Shown piece after piece: positions 55,355-64,000 of a stretch of DNA of 64,000 nt; the first letter of the stretch is position 1, and each line of letters starts with the position of its first letter. The stretch is taken from assembly GCA_035251445.1 (NCBI GenBank), contig DATFEG010000070.1, positions 3,563 to 67,562 on the forward strand, read 5' to 3'. The notes beneath the pieces are model-generated. The model had not been told where the DNA came from. It did not search any database and worked only from the letters and a program-made list of their open reading frames with translations. The stretch comes from Gemmatimonadales bacterium. GTDB lineage: Bacteria; Gemmatimonadota; Gemmatimonadetes; Gemmatimonadales; GWC2-71-9. The position numbers and the translations under genes were made by a program.

Positions 55355-56068
55355 GATTTGCCGTCGTGTCCGCCGTCGTTGCGGGACGCGCTCACCGATT
55401 TTTTGGCATTCGCGCTCAATCTGTCTCGGGCCTATCAACCGGCTGTGCCGCTCCTGCGCCGCGCGCTCGCGCGTACCGGTGCGCGGCGGGTTGTGGATCT
55501 GTGCGCCGGCGCGGGCGGCCCCTGGAGCTGGCTCGCGGGGGAGATTGACGTGCCGGTCTTGCTCACGGACCTCTATCCACACCAGAGCGGCACACCGAGC
55601 CTCCCGTATCACCCCGAGCCGGTGGACGCGCGGGCGGTGCGGCCCGAGCTTGATGGATTTCGAACGTTGTTCACGTCATTCCATCACTTCCGTCCTGCGG
55701 AGGCGCGCGCGATACTCGCGGACGCCGTCGCCAAGCGGCAGGGGATCGCCGTCTTCGAGGTCGCGCGCCGAGCTCCCTGGGAGCTTCTGGTCGTATCGCT
55801 CACGTGGATCGGGGCCCTGCTCGCGGAACCGTTCATCCAACCCTGGCGCTGGTCTCGCTTTCTATGGACATATCTGCCTCCGGTCCTGCCCTTGGTGGGC
55901 ACGTTCGATGGTGTGGTCTCGTGCCTGCGGGCGTACTCACCCGGAGAGCTGCGGGACCTGGTGCGGGGGCTCGACACGTACGAGTGGCAAATTGGCGACA
56001 TGCGCGGCGGCTGGTCGCCGCTGCGGGGGACCTACCTGATTGGCGTCCCAAAGGTTCTCTTTGAGTGA
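55328..56068 (+). CDS. Class I SAM-dependent methyltransferase-like protein
   Basis: VVDLCAGAGGPW resembles motif I. The start is uncertain: ATG at 55328 (overlapping the divergent cupin start) or TTG at 55361. Confidence 0.55.
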   Translation: MRLHLVEVHDLPSCPPSLRDALTDFLAFALNLSRAYQPAVPLLRRALARTGARRVVDLCAGAGGPWSWLAGEIDVPVLLTDLYPHQSGTPSLPYHPEPVDARAVRPELDGFRTLFTSFHHFRPAEARAILADAVAKRQGIAVFEVARRAPWELLVVSLTWIGALLAEPFIQPWRWSRFLWTYLPPVLPLVGTFDGVVSCLRAYSPGELRDLVRGLDTYEWQIGDMRGGWSPLRGTYLIGVPKVLFE

Positions 56069-57363
56069 CGATGCGCCGAATGCTCTGCTTGGCACTTCTG
56101 CTTGTCGCCTGCGCGGAACTTCCCCCAATTCCCACAGTCACCGAACTCCAGCCGTTTCGCGCAACCACAGACGTTTGGAGCGGAAGCTCGGTCAGGATTA
56201 CCTCAGCAGCCTTTGCGGGTGCCGCCTCGCCTCCTGCCGTGTTGCTCGATCAGTTGCCGCTCGAAGCGCGTCGCGTTGACGACACGACACTCATCGCGTC
56301 GATTCCCGAAGCTCCAGGGCCGCACTACCTCCGTGTCGTCGCCAAGAATGTCGATACTGCTTCCATCATCGTCTATTTGCGCGGATTCGTGCAGCACGTC
56401 GAAGGACCCTTCCTCAGCGGTCGGGTCGAATCGGGCCGCGATCCACGCCATGTCTTCGGCAATGGCCCCACCAGCCTGCGCCGCTGGAATATCGCGACGA
56501 ACAAAGCGATCGATTATGCCGACAGTCTGCACGCGGTCACTTGCACGCGTGGCGTTGGACCCAGTCCGACCGCCGGCGATCTCGCACTTCTGACCGGGGG
56601 CTGTACCGCCGGCACCTGGATGGTCTGGCATCCCGAGCCGTTAGCTGCAACCGATACGACGTCGGTCGCCGTCACAGACTTCGTCGCGGTCTTGCGAACG
56701 GACCGCTGGATCGTGCTCAACAACGGCTTGTTCTCGCTCGTGGCGTGCGAGTCGGCGACGGTCTGTACCTCGGAAGCCATCGCCGGTCTTGTGGGCACCG
56801 ACGTGATGCGCTCACCGCGCGGTGATCGCGCCGCGCTACTCGGGCGCCGTGCCGGCCCGGGCGGCCCGGGCGGCCCGGGGCCGACAAATGTCATACCCGT
56901 CGTCGATGTCGCTGGCGGCGCGATCGCGTATCACGTGCCGCCGCTCTCTGGAGTGCAGGGTGCGGCTTTCACTCCCGAAGGCGACACGCTCTTTCTCGCG
57001 GGCGACTCCGCGGGAGCACCGGCACTCGCAGCCGTCCTCGCGGCCGATGGCGCACGGCTCGCGACGCGCACGCTTGCCCTTTCGCCGTGCGCGGTGGCGG
57101 CCGACGGCGCGCAACGCTGGCTGTACGTCGCCGGCCTGGTGACACTGGCCGCGGACACGACATCGGTGTTGCAAGTCCTCGATCGTGCAACGCTGAACGT
57201 GATCACGACCCTGCAGGTTACGGGAGCCGACGGGTACGACGGCAAGCGCTGCCGCATCGTGCAGAATCCGATCGAAAGTCGAGTCTACGTGGTGGCCACC
57301 TGGGCGGGAGAACACAACCCCGCCGTTCACGCGCAATTGTACAGCTTCGAGACTCCCCGCTAG
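56065..57363 (+). CDS. Lipoprotein, probably beta-propeller-like
   Basis: Lipobox LLLVAC and repeated strand-rich segments. The start overlaps the upstream stop. I recognise no firm family. Confidence 0.6.
   Translation: MTMRRMLCLALLLVACAELPPIPTVTELQPFRATTDVWSGSSVRITSAAFAGAASPPAVLLDQLPLEARRVDDTTLIASIPEAPGPHYLRVVAKNVDTASIIVYLRGFVQHVEGPFLSGRVESGRDPRHVFGNGPTSLRRWNIATNKAIDYADSLHAVTCTRGVGPSPTAGDLALLTGGCTAGTWMVWHPEPLAATDTTSVAVTDFVAVLRTDRWIVLNNGLFSLVACESATVCTSEAIAGLVGTDVMRSPRGDRAALLGRRAGPGGPGGPGPTNVIPVVDVAGGAIAYHVPPLSGVQGAAFTPEGDTLFLAGDSAGAPALAAVLAADGARLATRTLALSPCAVAADGAQRWLYVAGLVTLAADTTSVLQVLDRATLNVITTLQVTGADGYDGKRCRIVQNPIESRVYVVATWAGEHNPAVHAQLYSFETPR
56853..56879. repeat. In-frame 9-nt tandem repeat CGGCCCGGG x3
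   Basis: Read directly. It encodes GPGGPGGPG inside the lipoprotein. Confidence 0.85.
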
Positions 57364-57371
57364 GAGGACGC

Positions 57372-59429
57372 ATGCGTTCCCTGATATTGGTCGCGTTACT
57401 CGCCGTTCCCACCGCAGCCCGCGGTCAAGAAACCGCCTCCGATACGCTGCTCACCGTCAACCACTATCTCGACTGGGAACAGGTCGCTGATCCGCAGATT
57501 TCGCCCGATGGCTCGCAGATCGTTTACACCCGACGCTGGGTGAACAAGATCGAGGATCGGTGGGATGCGGGCTTGTGGATCATGAATGCCGATGGTTCGA
57601 AGAACCGGTTCCTCGTGAAGGGCTCGAACGCGCGCTGGTCGCCCGATGGGACGCGGATCGCCTACTTCGCCGATGGCGAGCCCAGGGGAACGCAGGTGTT
57701 TGTGCGCTGGATGGATGCGGCGGGCGCCGCCTCGCAGGTCACGCGAGTCAGCGAAAACCCGACAAATTTGAGCTGGGCGCCCGACGGCCGGTCGCTGGCG
57801 TTTACGATGCTCGTGAAGAGCGAAACGCCCTGGAAGATCAGCATGCCGCCCGCGCCTGAAGGCGCGAAGTGGACGCCCTCGCCGCGCGTCGTGGATCGCC
57901 TGCACTATCGGCGCGACCAGCGTGGTTTCATCGAGCAAGGCACTACACACCTTTTCCTCGTGTCCGCCGATGGCGGCACCCCGCGGCAGCTCACGAGCGG
58001 CCAATTCGGCGCCAGCGAATTGGCCTCGAGCCTCAATTACGACTGGACTCCCGACGGGCGGACGGTCGTCTTCGATGGTCTGCGGGAGGCCGATGCCGAC
58101 TATCGTTATCGTGAGTCCTACCTGTACAGCGTGAACGTCGCGAATGGCGACATCCGTGCGCTGGTCACGACAAAAGGCTTCTGGTCGAATCCGGAGATCT
58201 CGCCGGACGGCCGGACGGTCGTGTTCACCGGTCGCGAGGACGGACGGTTTTCCTATCGCGCGAATGAGGTGTGGGTAGTCGGCATTGACGGCAGCGGCAT
58301 GCGCGCGCTGACGACGTACGATCGCGATCCCGGAAACCTCGAGTGGGCACCGGACGGCAGTGGCGTGTACTTCACCCTCGGCGACCGCGGCACCAGCAAC
58401 GTCCATTTCGCCGGCCTGCGAGGTGGCTCGCGCAAGGTTACCGACGGCGTCCAGATGCTGGGGCTCAGCTCGATCGCTCGTGATTTCACCGCGGTCGGGA
58501 TACGCACCGATGTCGACGAGCCACCGGATGTCGTGCGGTACAGCCTCCGGACCAACAAGCCGGCGACCAAGCTTACGAATGTGAACGCCGATGTATTGGA
58601 GCGTATCAAGCTCGGTCAGGTCGAGGAGGTTTGGTACACCTCGACCAACGGGGCGCGCGTGCAGGGCTGGATCGTGAAGCCGCCAGGATTCGATCCCAGC
58701 AAGAAATACCCGCTCGTGATGGAGATTCATGGCGGGCCGCACGCGATGTACAACGTGTCGTTCAGTTATCAGTTCCAGAACTTCGCGGCCAACGGCTACG
58801 TCGTCCTGTACACCAATCCGCGCGGCTCCACCGGCTACGGTAGCCCGTTCGGCAACGCGATCGAGCGCGCCTATCCCAGCGTCGATTACGACGATCTCAT
58901 CTCCGGCGTCGATACCGTCGTCGCGCGCGGATACATCGACAGCCAGCGCATGTACGTAGGCGGCTGCTCGGGCGGTGGCGTGCTGTCGAGCTGGGTGATC
59001 GGGCATACGACCCGCTTCGCCGCAGCCGCGGTGCGGTGTCCGGTAATCAACTGGCTGAGCATGGCCGGCCAGACCGACGTGCCGCTGTTCACGTACAACT
59101 TCTTCGACGCCCCGTTCTGGGAGAAACCGGAGCAGTGGATCAAGCAGTCGTCACTAGCCTATGTCGGTAACGTCAAGACGCCGACGCTGCTCATGACGGG
59201 CGAGCTCGACCTGCGCACGCCGATGCCGCAGACCGAGGAGTACTATGCGGCGTTGAAATACCTCAAAGTGCCCGTTGTGATGCTCCGCTTCAACGGCGAG
59301 TACCACGGCACGAGCTCGAAGCCATCGAACTTCTTGCGGACTCAGCTCTACATGCTGAGCTGGTATCAGAAGCACCGCTTGGGGAGCGATGCTGCGGCGA
59401 ATGTGGGAGGCGACGCGCCGAAGCGTTAA
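57372..59429 (+). CDS. S9-family serine peptidase (prolyl oligopeptidase / acylaminoacyl-peptidase type) with an N-terminal beta-propeller
   Basis: An AGGAGG lies 5 nt upstream of the ATG at 57372. It has a signal peptide, repeated W.PDG motifs, the GGCSGGG nucleophile elbow and the ...GEYHG catalytic His region. Confidence 0.9.
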   Translation: MRSLILVALLAVPTAARGQETASDTLLTVNHYLDWEQVADPQISPDGSQIVYTRRWVNKIEDRWDAGLWIMNADGSKNRFLVKGSNARWSPDGTRIAYFADGEPRGTQVFVRWMDAAGAASQVTRVSENPTNLSWAPDGRSLAFTMLVKSETPWKISMPPAPEGAKWTPSPRVVDRLHYRRDQRGFIEQGTTHLFLVSADGGTPRQLTSGQFGASELASSLNYDWTPDGRTVVFDGLREADADYRYRESYLYSVNVANGDIRALVTTKGFWSNPEISPDGRTVVFTGREDGRFSYRANEVWVVGIDGSGMRALTTYDRDPGNLEWAPDGSGVYFTLGDRGTSNVHFAGLRGGSRKVTDGVQMLGLSSIARDFTAVGIRTDVDEPPDVVRYSLRTNKPATKLTNVNADVLERIKLGQVEEVWYTSTNGARVQGWIVKPPGFDPSKKYPLVMEIHGGPHAMYNVSFSYQFQNFAANGYVVLYTNPRGSTGYGSPFGNAIERAYPSVDYDDLISGVDTVVARGYIDSQRMYVGGCSGGGVLSSWVIGHTTRFAAAAVRCPVINWLSMAGQTDVPLFTYNFFDAPFWEKPEQWIKQSSLAYVGNVKTPTLLMTGELDLRTPMPQTEEYYAALKYLKVPVVMLRFNGEYHGTSSKPSNFLRTQLYMLSWYQKHRLGSDAAANVGGDAPKR

Positions 59430-62341
59430 GGTCTCCGCAACGTTTGGTCGAACACCTGCAATGCGCGGGGATCCTCGCTCTCCGCCAGACGACGCAGCGC
59501 GTCCGCCCGAACCTCGCGGTTCGGGTGTGACCGCGCTGCGTCGATGAGCGCCGGGATCCCCGCGCCGCCCTCCAGCTGCTCGAGCGTCTCCAGCACCCTC
59601 GAGTAGATGTCTTCCGGCGCGTCCGCGGCGAGGAGGCTCTTCAGGAGTGCCAGCGCCGAGTCAGGCGACGCGGCTTCTCCGTACGTCTCGATTGCCCTAC
59701 GGCGGACATCGGTGTTCCCGGGCGCGCGGGCGATGCTTGCCACGAGCGCAAGGGCGCGCGCATCGTGCAGCTCGCCCAATGCTTCAACGGCCTTCCGGGC
59801 GACGTCGGGATTCGGGTCGCGACGCGCGATCTGGCTGAGCAGGTCGAGCGCCTGCGCCGGCGGCGCGTGTTCGCCGATCGTCTCGATCGCTTTGCGACGC
59901 ACGTCGCCGTTGGGGTGCGTGCGGGCGACGTCGATCACGGCGGGGAGGCCCAACTCCCCGATTTCACCCAACGTTTCGACCGCCCGTCGTTGGACGTCTT
60001 CATTGCGGTCGCCTGCAGCGATCGACGACAGCAGTCGAACCGTCTCCGCCGTCGGAGCGAGATGCCCTACCGTCTCGATCGCCGAGCGGCGTACGTCGGA
60101 GTTGGGATGCGTGCGGGCGAATTCCGTCAGCGCGGCCAACGCCGCGCCGCGGTCGCCGTGCACGTCGACGAGCGTCTCGATCGCTTTCCGCTGCACGTCG
60201 GGATCGGGATCGCCGGTCGCGATCGCTTTGAGCGTCGGGACCGCATCGGCAGCCTTCAGGTTCTCCCCGAGGGTCTCGACCGCCTCGCGGCGTACGTCGG
60301 AACGCGCATGACGACGGGCGATGTCGCGCACCGCGTCCAGCCCGCGGCCGTCCGGCACCTCGCCCAATGTTTCCACGGCCTCGCGCTGGACATCCACATC
60401 GGGATCGCTCTGCGCGATCGCCACCAGGGCGGTGACGGCTCGGTCGTTTTCCTTTTGTCCTAGTCCTTCGACCGCTTCCCGCCTGGCGTCGGGGTCGGTG
60501 GCCGTCCGGGCCACCGCGATGGCGGAGTCGGTCGCGGCCGGCAGCGTGTTATCGCCCAGCCCTTCGGCCGCTTCGCGACGCACATCCCTGGCCGGGTCGT
60601 TGCGGGCCGCCCGGCTCAGAGCGAGGACGGCCGCGGCGCGCGGGTGAAACCCGAGCCACTCCGCTGCCTGTGAGCGGACATCGGTCGGCTCCCGGCTCGT
60701 GAGCCAGCGGATCAAGATCGGAACGACCGCGTCGCTCGTGCCGTGAATCCCCACGGCTGCGACGATGTCTTGGCGCAGGTCGGGCTGCGCCGATGCAAAC
60801 AGGCCTTCGACAAGCGGGAGACTCTGCGCATCCGTTGCGCGCCCCAACCAGAGCAGGGTCCGGCCCCGGAAATCGACGGGGAGATACATGCTGGCGACGT
60901 GGACCTGCGTGACCTTCCCGCCCTGGTCGACGCCGAACAGGATGGCGATATCGTCGGAGTCAGCTGAGCCGGTGAGCGGCGCGAGACGCACGCCACGGAA
61001 CATGAGCCCCTGAAAGTCGCCGAACAGCCGCCCGCTGAGCGTGATGTTATGACCGATGACTTCGGTGCCGCGATCGATGTAGACCGAATGCTCGAGCCAT
61101 TCGGGCCGCGAGATCTGGTACCCAATCCAGTAGTTTCGCTTGCCCAGTTGCCGTGCCTGCGTGCGTGCCCACTCCCAGCGTTGGGCGAGCGGTTGCGTGG
61201 GGTCGGGGTGGCGCAGGACCGTGTCGGGGGCGGAGCGCGTCGTATCCGCCGCGGCGGCTGCCGACTCCACTGGTTCCGCCGTCAACCTATCGCTGCGCGT
61301 GGCGAGCAACGCGATGGTTACCGCCACGACCCCGGCGGCGGCTGCGGCCCAGCGTGGAAAGAGCTCCACGCGCGCCGTGGGAGGCATCAGGAGACGCTTG
61401 ACGCGGGATAGCAACGCGCCGTCAGTTGCGGCGAGCGCCAGGCGAGGCGTCGCTGAGCGAAGCCGTTCCATGGTCACGAGCGCGGTGGCGTACAGGTGCC
61501 GGTCGCCGCACAGCTGTACGACGAGGTCGTCACAGCAATGTTCGCGCTCCGCGCGCACGCGCCGCGAGACCCACCACACCGCGGGGTGATAGAAGAGCAA
61601 AGTCTCGATCACGCACTGTGCAACATTCACGACGTAGTCATAGCGGCGCACGTGAGCCAGCTCGTGCGCGAGCAGGACTTCGAGTTGCTGAGGCGTGAGC
61701 CCCGTGAGCGCGCTGGCCGGCATGAGAATGACAGGGCGCAACCAACCTAGAACCGCCGGCACTTCGACGAGCAGCGACTCGAGCAACTGCACCGGCCGGG
61801 TCACCCGCATGCGCGCGGCGAGACGCGCAAGCACCTGCTGCAACGATTGCTCGGTCGGGCACGTCCCCCGAGTCCGGAGCCGCCGTGTTGCGATCCACCC
61901 GTGTGCCAGTCGAATCGACAAGAGGACCACCCCTGCGGCCCAGACCACGACGAGCCAAGGGAGCGCCGGGGTCAGCAGACCCTGCAGCCAGGCGACGCTG
62001 GATGCGGGCGCAACGGATCGATCCCGCGTCGATGTGGCGGGAGAGCCCGTTGGTAGGGCGGGGGACTCGGAGTCTATCGCTGGTTGCGTCCCGACATCAG
62101 AGCGCAGTAGATCGTTTGTGCTGACCGAGGTTGGCGTCGCCCGCCCCGACCGGTGGAGTCGCAGACCCGTTGCTACGGGTGCCACCAACATGGCCGCCAG
62201 GGTCAGGAGCGAAAGCGTGTAGCGAGTACGGGAGGCGGTGGCGCGCATGAGCGTGAGCGCGATGCCCAGCAGAATAGCAAGAGCGGCACCCTGCCACAGA
62301 AAGTGCACGAGAGCCCAGCCCAACGCATGGGTGGCGTTCAT
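59426..62341 (-). CDS. BlaR1/MecR1-like M56 metallopeptidase signal transducer with a large C-terminal HEAT-repeat domain
   Basis: 971 aa. The N-terminus is LVHFLWQGAALAILL and HELAHVRRYD is the HEXXH at residues 226-230. A transmembrane segment lies near residue 335, followed by an unknown domain of about 170 aa and HEAT repeats. Confidence 0.85.
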   Translation of the reverse strand: MNATHALGWALVHFLWQGAALAILLGIALTLMRATASRTRYTLSLLTLAAMLVAPVATGLRLHRSGRATPTSVSTNDLLRSDVGTQPAIDSESPALPTGSPATSTRDRSVAPASSVAWLQGLLTPALPWLVVVWAAGVVLLSIRLAHGWIATRRLRTRGTCPTEQSLQQVLARLAARMRVTRPVQLLESLLVEVPAVLGWLRPVILMPASALTGLTPQQLEVLLAHELAHVRRYDYVVNVAQCVIETLLFYHPAVWWVSRRVRAEREHCCDDLVVQLCGDRHLYATALVTMERLRSATPRLALAATDGALLSRVKRLLMPPTARVELFPRWAAAAAGVVAVTIALLATRSDRLTAEPVESAAAAADTTRSAPDTVLRHPDPTQPLAQRWEWARTQARQLGKRNYWIGYQISRPEWLEHSVYIDRGTEVIGHNITLSGRLFGDFQGLMFRGVRLAPLTGSADSDDIAILFGVDQGGKVTQVHVASMYLPVDFRGRTLLWLGRATDAQSLPLVEGLFASAQPDLRQDIVAAVGIHGTSDAVVPILIRWLTSREPTDVRSQAAEWLGFHPRAAAVLALSRAARNDPARDVRREAAEGLGDNTLPAATDSAIAVARTATDPDARREAVEGLGQKENDRAVTALVAIAQSDPDVDVQREAVETLGEVPDGRGLDAVRDIARRHARSDVRREAVETLGENLKAADAVPTLKAIATGDPDPDVQRKAIETLVDVHGDRGAALAALTEFARTHPNSDVRRSAIETVGHLAPTAETVRLLSSIAAGDRNEDVQRRAVETLGEIGELGLPAVIDVARTHPNGDVRRKAIETIGEHAPPAQALDLLSQIARRDPNPDVARKAVEALGELHDARALALVASIARAPGNTDVRRRAIETYGEAASPDSALALLKSLLAADAPEDIYSRVLETLEQLEGGAGIPALIDAARSHPNREVRADALRRLAESEDPRALQVFDQTLRRP
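59447..60769 (-). repeat. About 13 tandem HEAT-like repeats (31-34 aa period) at protein level
   Basis: The motif D-V-R/Q-R-x-A-V/I-E-T-L-G recurs at residues 554, 586, 618, 649, 682, 715, 749, 782, 813, 846, 878, 911 and 943. Confidence 0.8.
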
Positions 62342-62736
62342 CAGGATTCTCCAATCCGTTCATCGAGCAGTCGTCGAATCTGGTCGAGCTCAGCGGGTGT
62401 CGCGCGGGTCGTGGAGAGAGCCTGGAGGACGAGCGCAAGCGACGACCCTCCGAACGCGCGATCCACAAGATCAGACAAGAGATGCCGGCGGGTGGTTGCT
62501 TCCGAGACCGCAGGCGCATACACGTGCGTGCGGGCGCGGGTGTCACGCTTTACCAGGCGTTTCTCGGTCATGATCTGGAGCAACTTCAGAATTGTCGTGT
62601 ACCCGACGGCCTCGCTCCGGGGGCGGGGTGCGGCGAGCGCCGCGTGCACCTCGCGTACCGTGCTGGGACCACGCTCCCAAAGCACCCTCAGAATCGCCAG
62701 TTCGGCGTTTGTGGGACGGACCATGCTGGTCAACAT
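62341..62736 (-). CDS. BlaI/MecI/CopY-family winged-helix repressor
   Basis: Contains PTNAELAILRVLWERGPSTVREVHAAL and TTILKLLQIMTEKRLVKRD. The stop overlaps the BlaR1-like ATG. The start is either 62736 or 62724. Confidence 0.85.
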   Translation of the reverse strand: MLTSMVRPTNAELAILRVLWERGPSTVREVHAALAAPRPRSEAVGYTTILKLLQIMTEKRLVKRDTRARTHVYAPAVSEATTRRHLLSDLVDRAFGGSSLALVLQALSTTRATPAELDQIRRLLDERIGES

Positions 62737-62774
62737 ACGAAGGCCTTCGTAGTTGTCAAGACGAAGCGCTTCGT
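62736..62774. promoter_or_regulatory. Two dyad-symmetric candidate BlaI operators
   Basis: TACGAAGGCCTTCGTA (62736-62751, a perfect 16-bp palindrome) and ACGAAGCGCTTCGT (62761-62774, a perfect 14-bp palindrome) have centres 24 bp apart and lie immediately upstream of the repressor gene. The TAC...GTA ends resemble BlaI/CopY boxes. Confidence 0.55.
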
Positions 62775-62849
62775 AGATCGACGGCGCGTAAACTCGCGGC
62801 TCGGCATCTGTCGGTTATCCGACGTAGGACCACCGCCTGGCGGTAGATG

Positions 62850-62897
62850 CCGAGCCGCGGCTTCAGCCGCGCTCCGAGCCGCGGCTTCAGCCGCGCT
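62850..62897. repeat. Perfect 24-nt tandem duplication
   Basis: CCGAGCCGCGGCTTCAGCCGCGCT occurs twice, read directly. Each unit contains the palindrome AGCCGCGGCT. Confidence 0.9.
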
Positions 62898-62916
62898 CGC
62901 CGTCCTGCCTAAACCC

Positions 62917-64000
62917 CTACGGTGCCGTGGTCGGTGGCACCGCGGCGCGCTCGATGTCTGTCCAGGCCGCGACCCTACCGTGCCCACCCGCCATCCGCTC
63001 CACCGCGAGGCCCCGGGCTTTCACAAACTTGATCAGCTCGGCGCTTCCGGCAGCGGGCGGGTTCGGGTTGGCCGACACGACATCGCTCTGAAACAGGATC
63101 TTCGCCGCGGGGACGTAGATCGCCAGCAGTCCCTCGGCATGTGCCGTCGGCAGCTGGTAGGCGACGACGCGGGTTTCACCCGAGCCGACGACCAGGCTGT
63201 CCTCGACGCTGGTGATTGTGCTGCGCGAGGGCTTGCCCGAGCGCGACAGCGCATCGGGACGCACGGTCTTTCGCGCTGTCCCGATGGAGCGCACGAAGCT
63301 CACGTTGCGCGCGTGGGTCACGATCGGAACGTTGGCCGCAAGCACCGTCCTGAGCCCGCCGGCATGGTCCCAGTGGTGGTGCGTATTGATGACCGAACCC
63401 ACCGGCTTGCCGGGGAAGCGCGATCGCAGCGTGTCCAACACGGCTTGCATGCGCTGTGCGCTCTGCGGCGCCTCGACAACGAGGAGTCGCGCGCCCTGAT
63501 CCACGATCAACGAGTGATGAGAACCGCCCTCGGCGCGCCACACGTTGGGCGCGAGCTCAGCGAGCGTGACGGTGATCGGCGGCGGCGTGGGATTGCTGGG
63601 CTGCGCCTTTGCCTTGATCGAGTCGGTTATGACGAACATGGAATCGGCGATCGTACTATTGAACGTTACCGCCGTGAAAACCCAAGCGGTCTGCAGCCGG
63701 CCGTTCACGTCCACGTCCCACTGTCGCGGGGACAGAACTCCGCCGCCATCCTGCCAGCGGGTATACGCGATGAGGGTGCGGCGATCGCCAAGGATCGGAT
63801 CATCAGTGATAGTCTCGATCAGCACCGGCAGTCCGGAGCGGCGATCGAAGTACACATCGAGGGTGTCCAAGCCACCGACATAGTGCACGCCATCGAGCGA
63901 CTCGCCGCGCCACGTGCGCGCCGGCAGGCTGGTCAGCGTCGTTGGATTGTCGAACGCCGCGAGGAGCACGCGATCGGGCAAGCGGCGCTGGTTCCGCTCG
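62917..64000 (-). CDS. MBL-fold metallo-hydrolase with an N-terminal extra domain (5-prime end probably outside the window)
   Basis: It has the INTHHHWDHAGG (HxHxDH) motif. The reading frame stays open to the right edge of the window. Confidence 0.8.
   Translation of the reverse strand, partial: ERNQRRLPDRVLLAAFDNPTTLTSLPARTWRGESLDGVHYVGGLDTLDVYFDRRSGLPVLIETITDDPILGDRRTLIAYTRWQDGGGVLSPRQWDVDVNGRLQTAWVFTAVTFNSTIADSMFVITDSIKAKAQPSNPTPPPITVTLAELAPNVWRAEGGSHHSLIVDQGARLLVVEAPQSAQRMQAVLDTLRSRFPGKPVGSVINTHHHWDHAGGLRTVLAANVPIVTHARNVSFVRSIGTARKTVRPDALSRSGKPSRSTITSVEDSLVVGSGETRVVAYQLPTAHAEGLLAIYVPAAKILFQSDVVSANPNPPAAGSAELIKFVKARGLAVERMAGGHGRVAAWTDIERAAVPPTTAP

Noticed and set aside
59447-60769. The periodic DNA of about 93 nt as a mobile or intergenic repeat family
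   Set aside because: The periodicity lies entirely inside one long ORF and reflects HEAT-like protein repeats. Nucleotide identity between units is only moderate.
1-64000. A search for tRNA, rRNA, tmRNA, RNase P, riboswitches, transposases, integrases and known defence genes
   Set aside because: Reading both strands, I could recognise none of these. The intergenic gaps are short, and the few longer ones (306-677, 25235-25548, 37658-37918, 62737-62916) show no cloverleaf or known riboswitch core. This is absence of evidence only, and an Infernal/tRNAscan run is needed to confirm it.

Overview
This is a high-GC, very gene-dense chromosomal segment. The GC content is an eyeball estimate (mid to upper 60s %), not computed. 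I support about 57 protein-coding genes. I recognised no rRNA, tRNA, CRISPR array, transposase or integrase. TonB-dependent receptors, lipoproteins and the general gene style suggest a diderm such as Gemmatimonadota or Acidobacteriota, but that is only an impression and needs a database check.

Gene content, left to right:
- A DUF1624 membrane protein.
- A LemA-DUF2207 fusion.
- A methionine-salvage trio, mtnB-mtnD-mtnC.
- An alpha-glucan/trehalose block: glgP, glgA, two GH57 genes, and treY with an interrupted 3-prime end.
- A CBM9/DUF5916 protein, pirin, and a Holin-X/DUF3618 pair.
- A DAACS symporter and a Ser/Thr kinase.
- A 1517-aa CheB-CheR-PAS-HK-REC sensor.
- A TPM / NTase-like / LemA trio.
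- A REC-only response regulator and a GAF histidine kinase.
- A small stress operon: CsbD, M48 peptidase, an lmo0937-family protein and a tiny membrane protein.
- A LuxR-type response regulator, cspA, and a GGDEF sensor.
- A PuuD-like membrane cytochrome.
- A MacAB-like ABC efflux operon translationally coupled to a TonB-dependent receptor.
- A tightly coupled six-gene operon of unknown pathway: cupin, GcvT-like, two CrtI/PYROXD2-like flavoenzymes, a Rieske oxygenase and a PLP decarboxylase.
- A methyltransferase-like / lipoprotein / S9 peptidase operon.
- A BlaI plus BlaR1-like (M56) pair whose sensor carries about 13 HEAT repeats, preceded by an MBL-fold gene.

The most unusual signals are at DNA level. 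There are tandem heptanucleotide arrays, reminiscent of cyanobacterial STRR repeats. One is a G-quadruplex-spaced (GGGAGCA)n array embedded in a long inverted repeat. The same heptamer family also occurs inside a coding sequence. A third array is a palindromic (TGATCAT)7 at a convergent gene junction. I see no clear defence system or mobile element. The best candidates for undescribed biology are the heptamer arrays and the six-gene operon.
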